Shown: positions 27,205 to 36,952 of the stretch, piece after piece
How positions within the stretch are numbered: the first letter of the stretch is position 1
How the letters are laid out: each line of letters begins with the position of its first letter
From: an uncultured Clostridia bacterium
GTDB lineage: Bacteria > Bacillota > Clostridia > Christensenellales > Borkfalkiaceae
Length of the DNA stretch: 64,000 nt
Assembly: GCA_944363045.1 (NCBI GenBank)
Contig: CALVTT010000002.1
Coordinates: 14,474-78,473 of the forward strand
Direction of reading: 5' to 3'
The notes under the pieces: model-generated
What the model was told of the DNA's origin: nothing
The model's database searches: none
The model's input: the letters and a program-made list of their open reading frames with translations, nothing else
Translations under genes and position numbers: made by a program

Positions 27205-28515
27205 TTGCAGGATGCTCCGTGCGACGGCGTCGATGTCACCCGCGCCGAGCACGAGGATGAGATCGCGGGGCCCTATAAGATGCAGGAGCACCCGCCTCAG
27301 CTGCTCTTTTGTCTGCACATAGACGGCTTCGGGAAGGCGAGCCGCCAGCATGACGGCGCTGCCCGCAAGCCCGAAGCGTTCCCGCGCCGCATAGGTACGG
27401 TAGATGACGGGGTTCTCCGCCCCTTTCAGCACTTCCACGAAATCTTCCATCAGATCGCGCGTGCGGGTGTAGGTGTGCGGCTGAAAGACGACGTGCACCG
27501 TGCCCTCCGTGAGCGCCTCTGCCGTCTTGAGGGCGGCGGCGATCTCCCGCGGGTGATGGGCGTAGTCGGAGATGACGGGAACGCCGCGGAAGGTGCCGAT
27601 GCGCTCGAAACGGCGCTTTACGCCGCGGAAGGAGGCAAGGCCGTCGGCGATGCTCTGCGGCGAAATGCCCAAGAGACGGGCGGCGGCAAAGGCGGCAAGG
27701 GCGTTATAGACGTGCACTTTCCCCACGGCGGCAAGGCGCACGCGCACGAGCGGCACGCCCCGCTCCGTCACCGTGAAGGACGGGCGCTCCCCACAGCTTT
27801 GAAGCCCCTCGGCGCGGATATCGCCCGAGAGAAGCCCGTAGGAGAGCGCGTGCGGGACAGAGCGCGCCCGCATATCGTCGGCATTGACGATCACCCGCTC
27901 TGCCCGCTGCGCGAAGGCACGGTAGGCATCAAAGAGCACCTTTTCCGAGGGATAGCAGTCGGTGTGGTCGCGCTCGATATTGAGGATGACGGCAATGCTG
28001 CTTTTGAGCGCAAGAAAGCTGCGCTGAAACTCGCACGCCTCCGTCACAAAGACCTCATCCCCGTCCGCAAAATAGTTGGAAAGGTCAAGATCCTCGCCGC
28101 CGATATGGCAGGCAAAGGGCACCCTTCCGCACAGGACGCGCGAGAGCATGGCGGTCGCTGTCGTCTTGCCGTGGCAGCCCGCGACGGAGACCGTCCGCGC
28201 AAACTGCGCGGCGATAAGCCCGAGCAGTTCTGCACGCGGCAGCAGGCGTTTTCCCGCCCTCTTTGCCGCTGCGATCTGCGGATGCGTCTCCTCCACGGCT
28301 CCCGTATAGACGACGGTGTCTTCCGAAACAGCTTCCTCCGCGCCGATGTGTACATGGATGCCCGCCCGCCGCACTTTCAGCGTGAACGCACCCTCGGCGG
28401 CGTCGCTCCCGCGCACGGGAATGCCGTGCTCTTTGAGAAGGCAGGCCAAAGCACTCATGCTCACCCCGCCGATGCCCACAAAATACACCCCGCCCGCGAA
28501 CAGTTCGGAAAACAT
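27202..28515 (-). CDS. murC: UDP-N-acetylmuramate--L-alanine ligase
   Basis: GIGGVSMSALA and the Mur ligase P-loop VAGCHGKTTATAM are present. Confidence 0.9.
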   Translation of the reverse strand: MFSELFAGGVYFVGIGGVSMSALACLLKEHGIPVRGSDAAEGAFTLKVRRAGIHVHIGAEEAVSEDTVVYTGAVEETHPQIAAAKRAGKRLLPRAELLGLIAAQFARTVSVAGCHGKTTATAMLSRVLCGRVPFACHIGGEDLDLSNYFADGDEVFVTEACEFQRSFLALKSSIAVILNIERDHTDCYPSEKVLFDAYRAFAQRAERVIVNADDMRARSVPHALSYGLLSGDIRAEGLQSCGERPSFTVTERGVPLVRVRLAAVGKVHVYNALAAFAAARLLGISPQSIADGLASFRGVKRRFERIGTFRGVPVISDYAHHPREIAAALKTAEALTEGTVHVVFQPHTYTRTRDLMEDFVEVLKGAENPVIYRTYAARERFGLAGSAVMLAARLPEAVYVQTKEQLRRVLLHLIGPRDLILVLGAGDIDAVARSILQ

Positions 28516-28584
28516 ACCCCATCTTATGCGGAAGCCGCCCTCAATGGTGCAAGAGGCGAAGGGCGCGCCCGTTCACAAGACGGC

Positions 28585-28614
28585 ATGAAAAAACACGGCT
28601 TTTCCGCCGTGTTT
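28585..28614 (-). terminator. Rho-independent terminator after csp
   Basis: On the minus strand, AAACACGGC-GGAAAA-GCCGTGTTT is followed by TTTCAT. Confidence 0.6.
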
Positions 28615-28661
28615 CTCCGCAGTAGAAATTCAATTTTTCTTGAAAATGCCGCCGCGTCTGT

Positions 28662-28874
28662 TTAGGAAAGGGGCAGGACGTTGACCGCACGGAGCTTGCC
28701 GCTGTCCTTGGGATCGGGTTCCGTCTCAAACGAGACTTTCTGCCCTTCCTTCAGGGTACGGAAGCCCTCCGTCTGGATGGCGGAGAAGTGGACGAAGATG
28801 TCGTCCCCTCCCTCGTCATTGGAAATGAACCCATAACCTTTCCCGTCGTTGAACCATTTTACAGTTCCGTTCAC
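28662..28874 (-). CDS. Cold-shock protein (CspA family)
   Basis: [15 protein letters not shown] (RNP1) and VHFSAI (RNP2) are present. A GTG start at 28874 has AGGAGG 7 nt upstream, giving 70 aa. The longer track ORF has no ATG near the domain. Confidence 0.9.
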   Translation of the reverse strand: MNGTVKWFNDGKGYGFISNDEGGDDIFVHFSAIQTEGFRTLKEGQKVSFETEPDPKDSGKLRAVNVLPLS

Positions 28875-28976
28875 AAAAATACCTCCTGTGGCGCCGCCGT
28901 GAAAAAACCTTTTCTGCGTCGCGCTGACGATCACGCTTCGTGTTCGATCAGGAATCAACCTTAAGTGCCGTTTCTT

Positions 28977-29005
28977 ATTATATCAATTTACTGTTTGAAT
29001 GTCAA
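28977..29005 (-). promoter_or_regulatory. csp promoter (TTGACA-17-TATAAT) with ~100-nt leader
   Basis: It is a perfect consensus on the minus strand: TTGACA (29005-29000), a 17-nt spacer, and TATAAT (28982-28977). Confidence 0.65.
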
Positions 29006-29024
29006 TAGGCTAACAGAAATTTTT

Positions 29025-30887
29025 TTAATTCTGCAAGTACTTTTTGATGAGCTCGCTCTGATTGCGCGTATATTCGGCAAGTTCGTCGGGCGAAAGCTGC
29101 TTATAGGCGAGCATGGCAAGATAATACATCTGCAAAGCGGAGAGCTTCTGCGCCTCCTCGCCCGCACCTTTGAGTGCCTGCACCGCCGCGCTGTTGAGAT
29201 TGACGACGAGCGTCACGTCCGCCGCGCTCTCCCCCATCATGTAGAACGAATTCATCTCGGACATCCTGCGCATGAATTCGGAGACATTGACGACGGCGGG
29301 CACGTCGGCATCCTTGAGCCGCTCCGTCGTCACTTTGACGTGCTTGCCCTCAAGCGCCTTTTCAAAGATGCCCTGAATTTCTTTGGCCTCGTCGGCATTC
29401 TCCTCGCCCGCCTCTTTGAGCGCGCCCGCAATGTCGGCATCGATGCGCAAAAAGCGCACGCGGGTGGGGTTTTTGTACTCGATGTAGCTGATAAAATGAG
29501 GATCGATGTAGGTATCGCAGACGATGGCGTTGAGGCCGGCGTCCTTGAACATCTTGATGTACTGCGCCTGCTTCTTTTCATCGGAGACGTAGTAGACCGC
29601 CTGCGGTTCCTTGCCGTTTTTGGCGTCCTCTTCGGAGACTTCCTCCCCGAACATCGACTTGAGGGGCACATACTTGCCGTCAAGGTCTTTATAGATGACG
29701 ATATCTTTGACCTGCTCGTAAAACCTGTCGTCCTTGACGCAGCCGAACTTGATGAAGTTGGCGATGTCGCTCCAGCAGTTCTCGTAGCGCTCCTTGTCGT
29801 CGCGGTAGAGCTCCTTGAGCTTATCCGCCACCTTCTTGGTGATGTGCCTTGCGATCTTCTGCACCTCAGCGTCATTTTGCAGGAAGGAACGCGAGACGTT
29901 GAGCGGGATATCGGGGCAGTCGATGACGCCGTTCAAAAGCATCAGGTACTCGGGGATGACTTCCTTGATGTTATCGGCGATATACACCTGGTTGCAGTAC
30001 AGCTTGACCTGCCCGCGCTCGAGCGTCACCTGCTTGCGCACCTTCGGGAAATAGAGGATGCCCTTCAGGCGGAAGGGATATTCCATGTTGAGGTGGATCC
30101 AGAAGAGCGGCTCGTTGAAGTCGGCAAATGTATGGCGATAAAAGTCCTTATACTCCTCCTCCGTGCAGTCCTTGGGCTGCTTCAGATAGAGCGGCTCCGT
30201 CGTATTGACGGGCGTATTCTTCTTCGGCTCCTCCCCCTCTTTGAGATCTTTATTGAGCTCCTCCTCCGGTTTCGGGTCGAGGTAGATCTCATAGGGCATG
30301 AAGGAGCAGTACTTATTGAGGAGCTTTCTCACTTCGCTCTCTCTTGCAAACTCCTTCTCCCCCTCGGCAAGGTGCATGACGATCTTGGTGCCGCGCGTCT
30401 CTTTATCGCACTCGCCGATGGTATAGGTGCTGTTGCCGTCCGACTGCCAATGCACGCCCTTGCTGCCTTCGCGGTAGGACTTCGTAAAGATCTCGATGTC
30501 GTCCGAGACCATATAGGCGGAATAAAAGCCGAGGCCGAAGTGACCGATGATGCCCTCTCCGCCCGCTTTTTCGTACTTTTCGAGGAAGTCGGCAGCGCCC
30601 GAAAAGGCGATCTGCGTGATGTATTTTTCCACTTCCTCCTCGGTCATGCCGATGCCGTTGTCCTCGACGGTGAGCGTGCCTGCCTTGTCGTCCGTGGTGA
30701 CGACGATCTTGTAGCTTTCATCCTCGGTTGCCTCGCCGAGGGTGACGAGCTTTTTATATTTCGTGATGGCGTCCGATGCGTTGGAGACGATCTCCCTTAA
30801 AAAGATGTCCTTATCCGAATACAGCCACTTTTTGATGATGGGCATCATGTTTTCGCTGGCGATCTTGATATTGCCCTGTCTTTCCAT
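29025..30887 (-). CDS. htpG: Molecular chaperone HtpG (Hsp90)
   Basis: EIVSNASDA and GHFGLGFYSAYMV are present, and it is full length at 620 aa. Confidence 0.95.
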   Translation of the reverse strand: MERQGNIKIASENMMPIIKKWLYSDKDIFLREIVSNASDAITKYKKLVTLGEATEDESYKIVVTTDDKAGTLTVEDNGIGMTEEEVEKYITQIAFSGAADFLEKYEKAGGEGIIGHFGLGFYSAYMVSDDIEIFTKSYREGSKGVHWQSDGNSTYTIGECDKETRGTKIVMHLAEGEKEFARESEVRKLLNKYCSFMPYEIYLDPKPEEELNKDLKEGEEPKKNTPVNTTEPLYLKQPKDCTEEEYKDFYRHTFADFNEPLFWIHLNMEYPFRLKGILYFPKVRKQVTLERGQVKLYCNQVYIADNIKEVIPEYLMLLNGVIDCPDIPLNVSRSFLQNDAEVQKIARHITKKVADKLKELYRDDKERYENCWSDIANFIKFGCVKDDRFYEQVKDIVIYKDLDGKYVPLKSMFGEEVSEEDAKNGKEPQAVYYVSDEKKQAQYIKMFKDAGLNAIVCDTYIDPHFISYIEYKNPTRVRFLRIDADIAGALKEAGEENADEAKEIQGIFEKALEGKHVKVTTERLKDADVPAVVNVSEFMRRMSEMNSFYMMGESAADVTLVVNLNSAAVQALKGAGEEAQKLSALQMYYLAMLAYKQLSPDELAEYTRNQSELIKKYLQN

Positions 30888-30961
30888 AACCGATGTTCTC
30901 CTTGCTCCTGCCGCGCATTAAAAAGCGCGGAGCTTTCAAATTTGTCAACGTATTTATAAAC

Positions 30962-30989
30962 ACAAAAAGCCCGCATTCAAACGGGCTTT
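30962..30989 (-). terminator. Rho-independent terminator after lysA
   Basis: On the minus strand, stem AGCCCG / CGGGCT is followed by TTTTTGTG. Confidence 0.65.
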
Positions 30990-31025
30990 GGAGAATGTGA
31001 TGCAAATATTTTTTCGCTGCCTCAA

Positions 31026-32354
31026 TCATGCGCCGAGATCGTCGGGCAGGACGTCGTTGCGCACGATGTCCTCGTAGGTCTGCGGTTTAATGATGTAACG
31101 CGCCTTTCCGTCCTTGACGAGCACGGCGGGCGGCACCGCGTTGCGGTTATAGTTGCTTGCCATCGAATAGTTGTAGGCGCCCGTCGAGAGCACGGCGATA
31201 AGATCGCCCTCTTTTGCTTTGGGGAGATTGAAATCGATGCCGATGAGATCACCGCTCTCGCAGCACTTGCCCGCGATGGCGACGCGCTCGGTCGGCTGTT
31301 CCGCCGCACGGTTACAAAGGAGCGCCGTGTATTTGGACTGATAGAGGCAGTATCTGGGGTTGTCGAACATACCGCCGTCCACCGCAAGATATTTGCGGAT
31401 GCCTGGGATCTCCTTGATGGCTCCCACGGTATAGAGGGTGATGCCCGCCTCCCCCACGATGGAGCGGCCGGGCTCGATGAGGAGGAAGGGAGGACGCAGC
31501 CCGCGCGCCGCGCATTCACCCTTCACCGCCCCGATGAGCGCCGAAAGATAGCCTTTATACCCTTCCACGGGGAGCTTGGCGTCCTCGTCCGTGTACCAGA
31601 TGCCGAAGCCGCCGCCCAGATTGAGGGTGTCTGCCTCAAAACCCGTCTCTTTCTTGACGTTCTCGATGAAAGCGCACATCTTCTCGGCGGCGAGAACGAA
31701 GGACTGCTTTTCAAAGATCTGCGAGCCGATGTGGCAGTGGAACCCGCGCAGGCGCAGATGCTTTTTGGCAAGGACGTGACGGGTCATGGCGAGCGCCGCG
31801 CCGTCGGCGGCGGAGAAACCGAACTTGCTGTCGGGCGTCGCCGTCTGCACATAGGCGTGCGTGTGCGCCTCCACGCCGGGATTGACGCGGATAAGGACGT
31901 CCTGCACCATCCCGCGCTCCTGTGCCTCCCCGTCGAGCGCGTCCGCCTCCGTATAGGCATCGACGATGATGCCGCCGATGCGGGCATCCAGCGCCTCCGC
32001 GCGCTCATGCGGCAGCTTATTGTTGCCGTGCAGATAAATTTTATCGGCGGGGAAGCCTGCGGAGAGCGCCGTATAGAGCTCGCCGCCCGAAACGACATCC
32101 ACGCCGATGCCCTCCTGTTTTGCGATCGCATACATCGCCTTGCAGGAAAAGGCCTTGCTGGCATACAGCACGAGGCCGCGGCCCTCATATTCTTCGTTGA
32201 TGGTATCCTGATAGAGGCGCATCATCCGGCGGATATATGCCTCATCAAAGACGTAGAGCGGCGTGCCGAACTCCTTTGCAAGATCGCAGCAGTCCGCACC
32301 GCCGACCATAAGGTGCCCCGCCTGGTTGACGTATAAAGTATCTCTCGTGTTCAT
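31026..32354 (-). CDS. lysA: Diaminopimelate decarboxylase
   Basis: It has the PLP-lysine region YASKAFSC, plus GGGFGI and CESGD. Confidence 0.9.
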   Translation of the reverse strand: MNTRDTLYVNQAGHLMVGGADCCDLAKEFGTPLYVFDEAYIRRMMRLYQDTINEEYEGRGLVLYASKAFSCKAMYAIAKQEGIGVDVVSGGELYTALSAGFPADKIYLHGNNKLPHERAEALDARIGGIIVDAYTEADALDGEAQERGMVQDVLIRVNPGVEAHTHAYVQTATPDSKFGFSAADGAALAMTRHVLAKKHLRLRGFHCHIGSQIFEKQSFVLAAEKMCAFIENVKKETGFEADTLNLGGGFGIWYTDEDAKLPVEGYKGYLSALIGAVKGECAARGLRPPFLLIEPGRSIVGEAGITLYTVGAIKEIPGIRKYLAVDGGMFDNPRYCLYQSKYTALLCNRAAEQPTERVAIAGKCCESGDLIGIDFNLPKAKEGDLIAVLSTGAYNYSMASNYNRNAVPPAVLVKDGKARYIIKPQTYEDIVRNDVLPDDLGA

Positions 32355-32383
32355 TCTTCTTCCTTCCTTTGTTCTTTGCGGAG

Positions 32384-32413
32384 ATTATAGCACGAAAAAC
32401 GGCGTTCCGTCAA
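32384..32413 (-). promoter_or_regulatory. lysA promoter (TTGACG-18-TATAAT)
   Basis: The minus strand reads TTGACG (32413-32408), an 18-nt spacer, and TATAAT (32389-32384). The leader is only about 25-30 nt. Confidence 0.5.
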
Positions 32414-32441
32414 GGAAAACCCGCAGGTGTTTCCCGCGGGC
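32414..32441 (-). terminator. Rho-independent terminator after the second DD-carboxypeptidase gene
   Basis: On the minus strand, stem CCCGCGGG / CCTGCGGG (8 bp including one G-U) with loop AAACA is followed by TTTTCC. Confidence 0.6.
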
Positions 32442-32481
32442 TTTCTCTCACTTTTTCTGCAATTTTGAGCATGTCATCGAT

Positions 32482-32506
32482 ATTATGCCTGACATAGTAC
32501 TCTGCA
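32482..32506 (-). repeat. Palindromic element copy 6 (minus strand TGCAGAGTACTATG-TCAGG-CATAAT), 7 nt past the dac stop
   Basis: It differs at 2 positions from copy 5 over 25 nt. It is preceded by an extra inverted repeat, ATGTCA (32471-32476) / TGACAT (32490-32495). Confidence 0.85.
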
Positions 32507-32512
32507 AAATAC

Positions 32513-33649
32513 TCAATTCCAATATTTCGCTCCCTCCCGGAAGGCCTCTCCGTAGGAAAAAGGCGCCGCATCCTGCAAACTTAAAAGCGCGCAGCGGTCG
32601 ATCTCCACGCCGTCCTTCATAAGAACGATCTCCCCCACGATATCGCCCTTTTGAACGGGCGCGCGCAGGGAGACGGGCAAAACAGGCTCACAGCGCACTT
32701 CCGCTCTCTTGTCCTTTGGCACAAAGACGCCGAGAGAGCGTTCGGGCGTGACCGCCGCCTCCTTCACAGAGCTCCCTTTGACCGCGACGAGTTCTCCAAA
32801 CGGCTCCCCCGCCGCCGCTGCGACGCGCCTTTCATAGCCCGCGAACGTCTCGTTCATGAGGCGGGAAACCGTCTCAAAGCGCCCATCCGAGCTCTTGGCG
32901 CCGATGACGACGCAGATAAGGCGCGTATCACCCCGCTTGGCCGTCGCCGCAAGGCAGAAGCCCGCCTCCTGCGTATAGCCCGTCTTGCCGCCGTCGCACC
33001 CGTCGAGCCCGCGCAACAGTTTATTGGTGTTGGTCATCGTCGTCACGCGGCCGTCGGGGTGATGAAAATCTTCGAGGCGCACGCCCGCATAGGCATAGAA
33101 CTGTTCGTGCTTCAAAAGCTCGCGCAGCATGAGGGCGACGTCCCTCGCACAGGAGTACTGAGGCTCGCGCGGAAGGCCGGTGCAGTTGGCAAAGAGGGTA
33201 TCGCCCGCCCCCAGCTCGCGGGCGCGTTCGTTCATGCGCGCCACGAAAGCTTCCTCGCTGCCCGCTAAACGTTCGGAGACCGCCACGCAGGAATCATTGG
33301 CGGAGCACACCACAATGCTCTTCAACAGCTCGCCCGCAGGATAGGAGAGCCCCGCATCCAGAAACACCTGCGAGCCGCCCATGCCCGCCCCACGTTCGCT
33401 CACCGCGATCTCCTCCGTGAGGGTGAGTTCCCCCGCTTCCACCGCCTCAAAGGCGAGGAGCAGCGTCATCACCTTGCACATACTTGCAATGGGCAGATGC
33501 GTCCTCTCGTTCTGCGCGGTGACCACGGTCCCGCTCTCCGCCTCGCACACATAGGCGGCCTTGACATCCTCTTGCGGGGAGGCCGCGTTCCCCAAGCAGA
33601 CGAACAGCGTCAAAAGGAGCGCCGCCGCGATCGATATTGTTTTCTTCAT
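32513..33649 (-). CDS. D-alanyl-D-alanine carboxypeptidase (serine-type, PBP5 family)
   Basis: ASMCK (SxxK), SAND (SxN), KTGYT, a signal peptide MKKTISIAAALLL and a C-terminal PBP5-C-like domain are present. The start is ATG 33649 or TTG 33676. Confidence 0.8.
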   Translation of the reverse strand: MKKTISIAAALLLTLFVCLGNAASPQEDVKAAYVCEAESGTVVTAQNERTHLPIASMCKVMTLLLAFEAVEAGELTLTEEIAVSERGAGMGGSQVFLDAGLSYPAGELLKSIVVCSANDSCVAVSERLAGSEEAFVARMNERARELGAGDTLFANCTGLPREPQYSCARDVALMLRELLKHEQFYAYAGVRLEDFHHPDGRVTTMTNTNKLLRGLDGCDGGKTGYTQEAGFCLAATAKRGDTRLICVVIGAKSSDGRFETVSRLMNETFAGYERRVAAAAGEPFGELVAVKGSSVKEAAVTPERSLGVFVPKDKRAEVRCEPVLPVSLRAPVQKGDIVGEIVLMKDGVEIDRCALLSLQDAAPFSYGEAFREGAKYWN

Positions 33650-33684
33650 GCCGTTAGCTTGTGAAGAGAGCCGCAAATTATACC

Positions 33685-34725
33685 CTATCCGCGCTCACGC
33701 GCGCCTGCCATCATGCGCTCGATGGAGATGCCGTACCCCCGCGTGGGATCGTTCAAAAAGACGTGCGTCACCGCACCGATGAGCTTGCCGTTCTGAACGA
33801 TGGGACTGCCGCTCATCCCCTGCACGATGCCTCCCGTCGCCGCAATGAGCGCTTCGTCCGTCACCTTGATGACGAAATTTTTATTTTCCCGATCGTTCGC
33901 ATCCACTTTGGCAATGGCGATCTCATAGGGCTTGGGCTCGGACCCGTCCACCGTCGAATAGATCACCGCCTTGCCGATCGTCGCCTCCGAAATGCAGGCG
34001 AGCTCCGCCGTCTCGCATTCCGAAAGATCGTACCCCCCTTCAAAGGTACCGAAAAGCCCCGTGCCGCAGAAGAGCTCGGCGCGGGCGATCGCCTTGTCGC
34101 CGAGAAAGAGCCCCTTGAGCTCCCCCGCCTTGCCGCGCATCCCCTTGTTGACGCCGATGATGCTGCAAGAAAACACTTTCGCCTTCGAAACGTCGGGGAG
34201 CCGCCCCTCGCTCACGCTATGCCCGAGCGCCCCGAAGCGGAGACTGCCCTTTTCAATGTAGGTGATCGTGCCGATGCCCGAGAGCATATCGCGGATGAGC
34301 ACGCCGATCTTCCACTTTCCCGTCTTCTTGTCCTTTGCGGGCAGTACGGAAAGTTCCATACGCTGCCCGCCGCGGAGAAGGACGAGCGTCATCTTCTTCC
34401 CCCCGCTGCGCGCCAAAGCCGCGGAGAGATCATCCATGCTGCCGACGGCAATGCCGTCCGCCGCGCAGATGAGATCGCCCGCTTTAAGCCCCGCCTCCTC
34501 CGCAGGCCGCCGCACCCCGTCCTCACCCGAAACCGAACTCAGCTCTACGATCTCCGCTCCGCCTGCGGGCAGGGAAAATCCCGCTGCCATGCCCCCGATA
34601 TAGTATTCAGCCGCCGCGTCTGCCCGCATGGGATGCCCCGCCGACGCCATTATCATAAGCGCCGCTGCGCACACCCCCAGCGCGCTCCGCCACGGATATT
34701 TCTCAAAAAAATTTAGCCTGCGCAC
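33685..34725 (-). CDS. spoIVB: SpoIVB peptidase (S55) with PDZ domain
   Basis: The C-terminal GMSGSPIVQNGKLIGAVTHVF..DPTRGYGI is the SpoIVB catalytic region. It has a PDZ-like GLKAGDLI segment and a GTG start. Confidence 0.85.
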   Translation of the reverse strand: MRRLNFFEKYPWRSALGVCAAALMIMASAGHPMRADAAAEYYIGGMAAGFSLPAGGAEIVELSSVSGEDGVRRPAEEAGLKAGDLICAADGIAVGSMDDLSAALARSGGKKMTLVLLRGGQRMELSVLPAKDKKTGKWKIGVLIRDMLSGIGTITYIEKGSLRFGALGHSVSEGRLPDVSKAKVFSCSIIGVNKGMRGKAGELKGLFLGDKAIARAELFCGTGLFGTFEGGYDLSECETAELACISEATIGKAVIYSTVDGSEPKPYEIAIAKVDANDRENKNFVIKVTDEALIAATGGIVQGMSGSPIVQNGKLIGAVTHVFLNDPTRGYGISIERMMAGARERG

Positions 34726-34795
34726 AAGTCCTCCCCGAGGATTGATCCTCCCATGAGGTTACTTTGCGCAGGCCGTTGCCGTAATATTCTTTTCC

Positions 34796-36481
34796 CTATG
34801 CGTTTTCCCGTTTATAGACCCGGGCATTTTCAAGAAGCTCGTCGGCATGCATGAGCGCAGAGCCGCCCGGCTCGCCGCCCAAAAGCCGCACGAGCTCCTC
34901 CCGCCGTTCCCCCTCTTCGAGGGCACGGATGCGCGAATACGTCCTGCCGCCCTCCTCTCTCTTTTCGATGAGGAACTCCCGGTCGGCAAAGGCCGCGATC
35001 TGCGCGAGATGCGAGACGGCAATGATCTGCGTGTTCTTGGCGATGGAGCAGAACTTTTCCGCCACCACGCGCGCCGTCTTGCCGCCGATGCCCGCGTCGA
35101 TCTCGTCGAAGATGTAGGTACCGATGGTGCCGAGGGAGGAGAGCTGCGCCTTGACCGCCAGCATGAAGCGGCTCATCTCGCCGCCGCTGATGATCTTGCC
35201 CAGCTCCTTAACGGGCTCGCCCGCATTGGCGGAAAAGAGAAAGCGCACGCGGTCCAGCCCCTCCGCATTGGCGCGGGGAAGATCCTCCTCCGTATAGGGG
35301 TCGAAAGCAACTTCAAAGCGGGCGGAGGGGATATTGAGCGTTTTAAGCTCCTCCGTGACGCGCCTCGTAAAGCCGTCCGCCCCCTCTTTGCGCTTCTTCG
35401 TGAGCGCCGTACACGCCGAATAGAGCGCTTTTGCATTGCTCTCCAGAAGGCCTTTGAGCTTTTCGCACTCCTCGGCGCTGTTTTCGAGCAAAGTAAGCTC
35501 CTCTTGGGCGCGGGCGAGAAAGGCGAGCGCCTCTTTGACCGAGCCGCCGTACTTCTTTTTGAGCGACTTTATCTCGTCGAGGCGGTTTTCCACGCGCTCC
35601 GCCTCCCGCTCGTCCATATCGAGCTCCTCGGCAAGCGATGCGGCCGTCTCGCCGATGTCCTCAAGCTCTGCGAGCACATTTTCGAGGCGTTCGGAAAGGG
35701 CGTCATAGTCGCCGTACTTTATGACGGAGAGCAGCCCGCGATGGGCGGTATTGACGGCATCCGCCGCGCCGCCGTCCGAGAGCAGAGCGTCGCGCACCGT
35801 CTTGAGCCCGCCCAAAATTTTCTCGGCGTTCTGGAATTTGGTGCGGAGCGCGGTGAGCTCCTCCTCTTCCCCCTCCTTGAGGGCGGCCGTCTGCAGCTCG
35901 TCGATCTGAAAGCGCAGGATATCGGCGCGCCGCTCGCGCTCTCCTTCATCGCCGCCGAGGGAGGCAAGTTTCTTCTCCAGCGCGCGCCGCTCTTTCAGGA
36001 GGGAAGCAACCGCTTCCCGCTCCTGCTGCGTGCCCGCGATCTGATCGAGAAGGCGCAGCTGGTTGGCCTCTTTCAATAAAAAGAAATGCTCGCTCTGCCC
36101 GTGGACGTCCACGAGCTGCGAGGTGAGCCTTCTCAGCAAAGTCGCCGTCACGGGGCAGCCGTTGATCTTGAGCGAGCCCCTGCCGTCAACATTGAGGCGG
36201 CGGACGATGAGGAGGGTATCACTCTCCTCCAGATCGAGCTCCTCGAAGACGGGACGCAGAAGGACAGGATCGCAGGTAAACTCCGCCCGCACCGAGCACT
36301 CGCTCTGCCCCGAGCGGATCATGCCCTTATCGGCCTTGGCGCCGAGAACGAAGTCGATGCTGTCGAGGATGACCGACTTGCCCGCGCCCGTCTCGCCCGA
36401 AAGCACGTTGAGCCCCTCCGCAAAGGCGATCTCCGCCTCGTCGACAAGGGCAATATTTTTGAGATAGAGCGTCTTTAACAT
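34796..36481 (-). CDS. recN: DNA repair protein RecN
   Basis: Walker A is LSGETGAGKSVILD. It has a long coiled-coil and the C-terminal SGGEMSRFMLA signature. Confidence 0.9.
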   Translation of the reverse strand: MLKTLYLKNIALVDEAEIAFAEGLNVLSGETGAGKSVILDSIDFVLGAKADKGMIRSGQSECSVRAEFTCDPVLLRPVFEELDLEESDTLLIVRRLNVDGRGSLKINGCPVTATLLRRLTSQLVDVHGQSEHFFLLKEANQLRLLDQIAGTQQEREAVASLLKERRALEKKLASLGGDEGERERRADILRFQIDELQTAALKEGEEEELTALRTKFQNAEKILGGLKTVRDALLSDGGAADAVNTAHRGLLSVIKYGDYDALSERLENVLAELEDIGETAASLAEELDMDEREAERVENRLDEIKSLKKKYGGSVKEALAFLARAQEELTLLENSAEECEKLKGLLESNAKALYSACTALTKKRKEGADGFTRRVTEELKTLNIPSARFEVAFDPYTEEDLPRANAEGLDRVRFLFSANAGEPVKELGKIISGGEMSRFMLAVKAQLSSLGTIGTYIFDEIDAGIGGKTARVVAEKFCSIAKNTQIIAVSHLAQIAAFADREFLIEKREEGGRTYSRIRALEEGERREELVRLLGGEPGGSALMHADELLENARVYKRENA

Positions 36482-36484
36482 CGT

Positions 36485-36940
36485 TCAGTTCCCCGCGAGC
36501 CGCTCCAGCCTGCCGCGCACCGCCTCGGCATCCTCCGCCGTGCGACAGAGAGAAAAGACGGTGTCGTCGCCCGCGATGCTGCCCACGATCTCCTGATATT
36601 TGAGCATATCGATGATGACGCCCGCATTGGCGCCGTTGCCGTTGAGCGTCTTGGTGACGACGATGTTGCCCACCGCCTGGATGCTCTCGATACAGGCCTG
36701 AAAGAGAGAGCGCATCTTATCGGAGAGTTCCTCCTCCCCCTTGCCGATGGCGGCATAGCGGTAACGCTTCTTGGTGCCCGCCACCTTGAAGAGGCGCAGC
36801 TCCCTGACATCGCGCGAGACGGTCGCCTGCGTGACGGCAAAGTTGGCATCGGCAAGCTCCTTGCACAGCTCCTCCTGCGTTTCGATCTCCTTCTCCTCGA
36901 TGAGCTCCAAAATTTTGTTGTGTCTGGCGTTTCGCAGCAT
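36485..36940 (-). CDS. argR: Arginine repressor
   Basis: It has the ArgR N-terminal winged helix (RHNKILELI...TQATVSRD) and C-terminal GTIAGDDT-like GSIAGDDT. Confidence 0.9.
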   Translation of the reverse strand: MLRNARHNKILELIEEKEIETQEELCKELADANFAVTQATVSRDVRELRLFKVAGTKKRYRYAAIGKGEEELSDKMRSLFQACIESIQAVGNIVVTKTLNGNGANAGVIIDMLKYQEIVGSIAGDDTVFSLCRTAEDAEAVRGRLERLAGN

Positions 36941-36952
36941 TTTCCCCCTCCT

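Noticed and set aside
27013-30800. 550-aa (27013..28665) and 611-aa (28965..30800) plus-strand ORFs
   Set aside because: They are antisense shadows of murC and htpG. Their Arg/Ala/Gly/His-rich translations have no motifs.
30888-30960. CIRCE/HrcA operator or clear promoter upstream of htpG
   Set aside because: There is no TTAGCACTC-N9-GAGTGCTAA. A TTGACA is present but no -10 box at 16-18 nt. Only a short CCGCGC-N8-GCGCGG palindrome exists, which is too weak to call.
32355-32512. Possible lysine (L-box) riboswitch upstream of lysA
   Set aside because: The promoter lies about 30 nt from the ATG, so the leader is far too short. The rest of the gap is the dac terminator and element copy 6.
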